A stretch of 64,000 nucleotides of DNA from Tubulanus polymorphus (lineage: Eukaryota > Animalia > Nemertea), in NCBI RefSeq assembly GCF_964204645.1, contig NC_134030.1, positions 8,893,222 to 8,957,221 of the forward strand, given 5' to 3'. The translations under genes were made by a program, and so were the position numbers. The notes beneath the pieces were generated by a model that did not search any database, was not told the DNA's origin, and worked only from the letters and a program-made list of their open reading frames with translations. Position 1 is the stretch's first letter, and every line of letters starts with the position of its first letter. Positions 59,861-64,000 of this stretch are shown in pieces.

Positions 59861-62814
59861 AACGGTATCAAATGTTTATCCATGAAATGTAGACAGCTTT
59901 TCACCAGCTGGTACCCGATAATTAAGGGGTTAACCGTCCATTAACAGCTGCAGTGCCAATCCACTTGACCGTGGTGAAAGTTAGAGCATAGCCACTTCGC
60001 GAATCAACAAAAAAAACGCTAATGTAAAAGTAGATGTAATAAGACACGACTATAGTGAGACACGATTCTGTGACACTGTTACGACCGAACGTGCATCAAT
60101 TACTTCATTGTATACAGAACTGGAAACTGGATATCAGAGAAAAGTGTCACTTCTACTTCAAACCGCTTGCCATTAGCCAACGTAGTTCCCACACATGTAA
60201 GTTACATATGACGAGAAGCTAAAATCAATTCGATCCTCAACAACTGACACAGCTGAGCTGTAAAATGCTTTCCAAGTAAAAGACAGTTACAGGCTATATG
60301 AATGACGAGTCAAATAAATCTCATCAATATAAGGCTGACTCGTAAATAACCAATGAATCAAACTGTTGAAATCTAAATCCGCGAAATCTTTCGGTCCCTA
60401 ATCTTTCCTTAATTGCTCATCAATTTGTCTATAACTTTTTGAAATAATCATGCTATTACTGGGAGGGGGGAGAGGAAACCACAGAATCCATGAATATTTA
60501 TGAAGAAATTTTCCCCGCTCAGGTTTTTTTAAATAAATTTAAAATTCCATGACTTCAATTAACGGTTTATTCTTCTTCCGAAGTACTGTATGCCCACGCT
60601 GGTATGACTGATATGCGCTGTTTTGAAGAAATCAACTTTCAAGTGTTGCCAGTTAAAGCTACATGCCGGCATCATTGATTTAGTTGCTGTTGTACGAGTA
60701 TTTATTTCCTGCATCATCGATAAATCCATATTCATTGTCGTCCGCTTGCATGATGCAATCGCGGCAAAGTTACACATCGTCGAGCATTGCTTGAATTGAA
60801 ATTACTCCAACCTGAAATCACAGATAGCTTTGGGCCCTGTATGAATATCATCTGTATTAGCAATCTTATCTTGTACTCAAATCAAATTGAATTTAATACA
60901 TTTGAGACTAAACCATTGATCGAAACTCCAGACACTGAAAAAGCTGTATTCAACTTTCAATTCCATGAATTAATACGAAAACAAGCCACAGATGACAATG
61001 ATTCTCGGGCTTAGGCTCGAATCTGGAACTCCGAAATTCCCATGCGTTATTTCCCAGTGCATTTTGGATATGTTTGTATCTAGGACCAATAGCTAAATTT
61101 AGTCAAGACCACTTTTCTTCAACCTTTCCTCAGTTATGAAGTCATCTTCAAGGTCATGCTGCTGAAAAACAGTCTTTAGTGCCTAGTTCTGCTGCTAGGT
61201 GGCACACTGGGCCCGCATTCTCTGCACTTACTAACATTGTACCCAAGTTTCATCAAGATCCATCCACTAACAACGAAGCTAAGTTTTAGCTGAAATACAG
61301 ACACTACACACAAACAGACAGTATTTAAATAAGGGCTTGTAATGGAAGCCCGAGATTTGTTTAAAATTTCAACATTCATTTATGAATTCAATGAAATTTG
61401 ACAGAACAAAAATCGTAATGGGAAAAAGCCATTTGGGAACTACTTTGCGATGAGGTGATGAAGTCTTCCATATCTCATATCAGAAATAAAAGAAATCAAC
61501 TTCAACAAGGGAGTTTGAAAGCAGCTCGAGAAAATTGAAACACTTTAAATCGAAAAAGAGAATTTCAAATAAAAATCTCATCGATTTCAAAGCAATGTCG
61601 ATTGGCTTAAGACGGAAACTTATTTTCAGAGAGATGTGACGAATTTTTTCCAATTATCCGAAAAACTAAATTATAGCTTATCGGGTAGAGAGACCTTCCT
61701 GAGATGTCGCGATACTAATAACATTCAAAGCATACCGATACAATATCATATCAATCGGCGCTAATAGAAAAAATAATTAATCAGAGACATCCTTCACAAC
61801 AACGCCGTGCAGAGCAGATAATGTCCGGAGGGAGAATCAATAGCCTCGAAATGATGATGATGATTCACTACGCGATAAGATTTCAACTGAAATGTCAAAT
61901 TTACAAAGTCACTATACAACGTTTTATTTGGCCCTGATGAAGTTTGTCAAGTTATCTAATGACTACGAAAAAAAAAAATAAAACACAACAAAACAAAAAA
62001 TAGTACGATTTTGTGTATTTTCCCGAAAAGTCATTACATGGATGCGCCAAAAAAGTATTTGCAAACAAGGCCGCGAGCATCTAAACAGAATATTCATATT
62101 TCTACTTGAACGGGTTATGAATGAATAGTATTATCAGGTGGGGGTATATTTTCTACTATACATAGTAGAAAGTATTCCAAATGACGTTATGACTTTGTCG
62201 TTGCCAATTCACCACGCTGTTTGAAGGCCCACGTTCGACATTTTTCGTGGTATTTCACGTTTTTTTTTCCACGCAAACGTTTTCAATGGTGAATATCATT
62301 ACGTATATATTTTACTATTCGAATCAATAAGGTTACTCCACGCGACATTAACCCTTTACTCTTCACCAGTTTCAAAGCGACGATTATAGTTTCTAGGATG
62401 AAATTCAAATTCACATGTATGTACATGTACGTATATATGTATATTGTACCTATTTAAGGTCAGGCGACCTTATATCTCTAATTGTAGTGAGTTTCACCAA
62501 AAAATCAGAGTAATGTGAGACAAAAAACAGTATTTTGATAAAGAATTAATTAGAAATGGTTCTGATTTTGAGAGTATTTTGATATTTTTGGTAGTAGTTG
62601 AGCGTTTAAAAAGTGTAGAAACTACTCTCAAATAGCAGTCATATGGTCAGGTATGTATATTTACTGTTCAAATGGAAAAAAAAATTTCCCAGCAACGGAA
62701 GAAATTATACCTATTTCTCAACGTGTAAATGTAATACACGTTCATACATAGTCCTAGTCTACTGACTAAAATCTGGCAATAAGCAGATTCAGATTTAAAC
62801 GTTAAAGTATGTTT

Positions 62815-63065
62815 GTAAATTAATGAAATAATTTGACATTTCAGATTAAACAATGTTGAAAATTTCAATTGAAATAGGGAGCGAAAGTCAGTGTTACTAG
62901 TATGGCTTTTAATTAGCAAAATAAGTTACATTTCGAACTTAAAACAATGTTAAAAATTTCAAAATCGGTGAGAAAGTCAGTGTTGCTATTGTACGGCTTT
63001 TAATTAGTAAAATACATTGACATTTCGAACTGAATACAACGTCGAAAATATCAATCGATCGAAAT
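62815..63065. repeat. Diverged ~90-bp tandem repeat (~2.5 units)
   Basis: ACATTTC..A.T..A.ACAA.GT..AAAAT.TCAA and GAAAGTCAGTGTT.CTA...GGCTTTTAATTAG blocks recur. Confidence 0.65.
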
Positions 63066-63526
63066 AGAACATTTCCTCGAAGAGTCAACAACCGAGAATC
63101 GTAATGACACATCTCTAATCGAATCTGACAAATCGTCTTTGACGTGCGCGTCGTAGCTCCTTGTAGATTTGATTAATTAGCCCAATACGGTTTCTCTCAT
63201 TAAACACCTGGTTGTATCGATGCTCCTGGCGGCGGCGGCCGTGTGGTATACTGAGTGAACCGGTCGTTGTAGCTGATAATTCAATGATTTTCACTATAAC
63301 ATCAACTACCACGACGTATACAGCTGATTAGATTAATCTCTCGTAAAATGCTGACAAAATTCTGACGGTTTATTCGGATTGAGCTTGTTCGATTGAAAAT
63401 GGAAAAAATAGTTTTCAAATCCCACGCACAATCCATCGACTGTTAGAGCCTTGTTTGCGCTACATTATTTACGAACGGTCTGAATTTGGCCTGTTCCAAT
63501 TAAGTACGGACCAAGTAATGGTTTAA

Positions 63527-63783
63527 CCCTTTCAGAGCGTCTTCACCGCAATGCGGTGTATAAATCGGTGATAGATTTTGCTAGTACACCGCACTGCGGT
63601 GTATCGATGTAATTAGTAATTACTTTTATCTCTATTGAAAGATGGCAGCACCTATCATTACTAAGTGAAATATTAGTAACTAACGATACACCGCACCACG
63701 GTGTGGACTCGCTATAGTGGTATTCCCGTTATTCAACACATTCAAATTATCTCCAGGGTATTAATTAGTCAGCAATGAAAGGG
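63527..63783 (+). mobile_element. Complete piggyBac-type MITE (257 bp)
   Basis: TTAA|CCCTTTCA ... TGAAAGGG|TTAA; at least five family members in this window. Confidence 0.85.
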
Positions 63784-64000
63784 TTAAGTGGATTGAGCCC
63801 GTTTGACGTTTGATGGAAATTGAAAAAATAATGTTTTCAAATCACACGCGGAACCCATCCATTGACTTGATGTCTGTACAATCTATTTGCCTTCGCAACA
63901 ATAAACGTGTCTGTTCAAGAGAAATAAACAACTTCAGGAGTCGAATCGAGTTCGATTTTAAGCGTAGCTACGTGAATAACTTTCCGGGATTCAGAACCTG

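Overview
Animal (invertebrate, probably lophotrochozoan-like; species not determinable from sequence) genomic DNA with AT-rich introns and CpG-rich exons. Gene order: the 3' end of a salt-inducible kinase gene (SIK, +); then on the minus strand an intronless, ear-less AP-4 beta subunit (AP4B1) whose start codon lies only 48 nt downstream of an intronless ANAPC13 ORF; an inverted pair of identical tRNA-Val(CAC) genes plus broken copies; a 5-exon REC114 meiotic gene; a 7-exon SLC16/MCT transporter; and the 3' nine constitutive coding exons (plus a candidate 21-nt microexon) of an amyloid precursor protein (APP) gene whose 5' end lies beyond the window. Introns and UTRs carry many MITEs (piggyBac-type TTAA, Harbinger-type, Tc1/pogo-type, and a CAGGG-terminal family with 5-bp TSDs), SINE-like heads, minisatellites and microsatellites. 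The most notable observation is the apparent bicistronic ANAPC13-AP4B1 unit. Gene identities come from my recall of family motifs, and exon models were built by hand from splice signals and phase; no database search was run.
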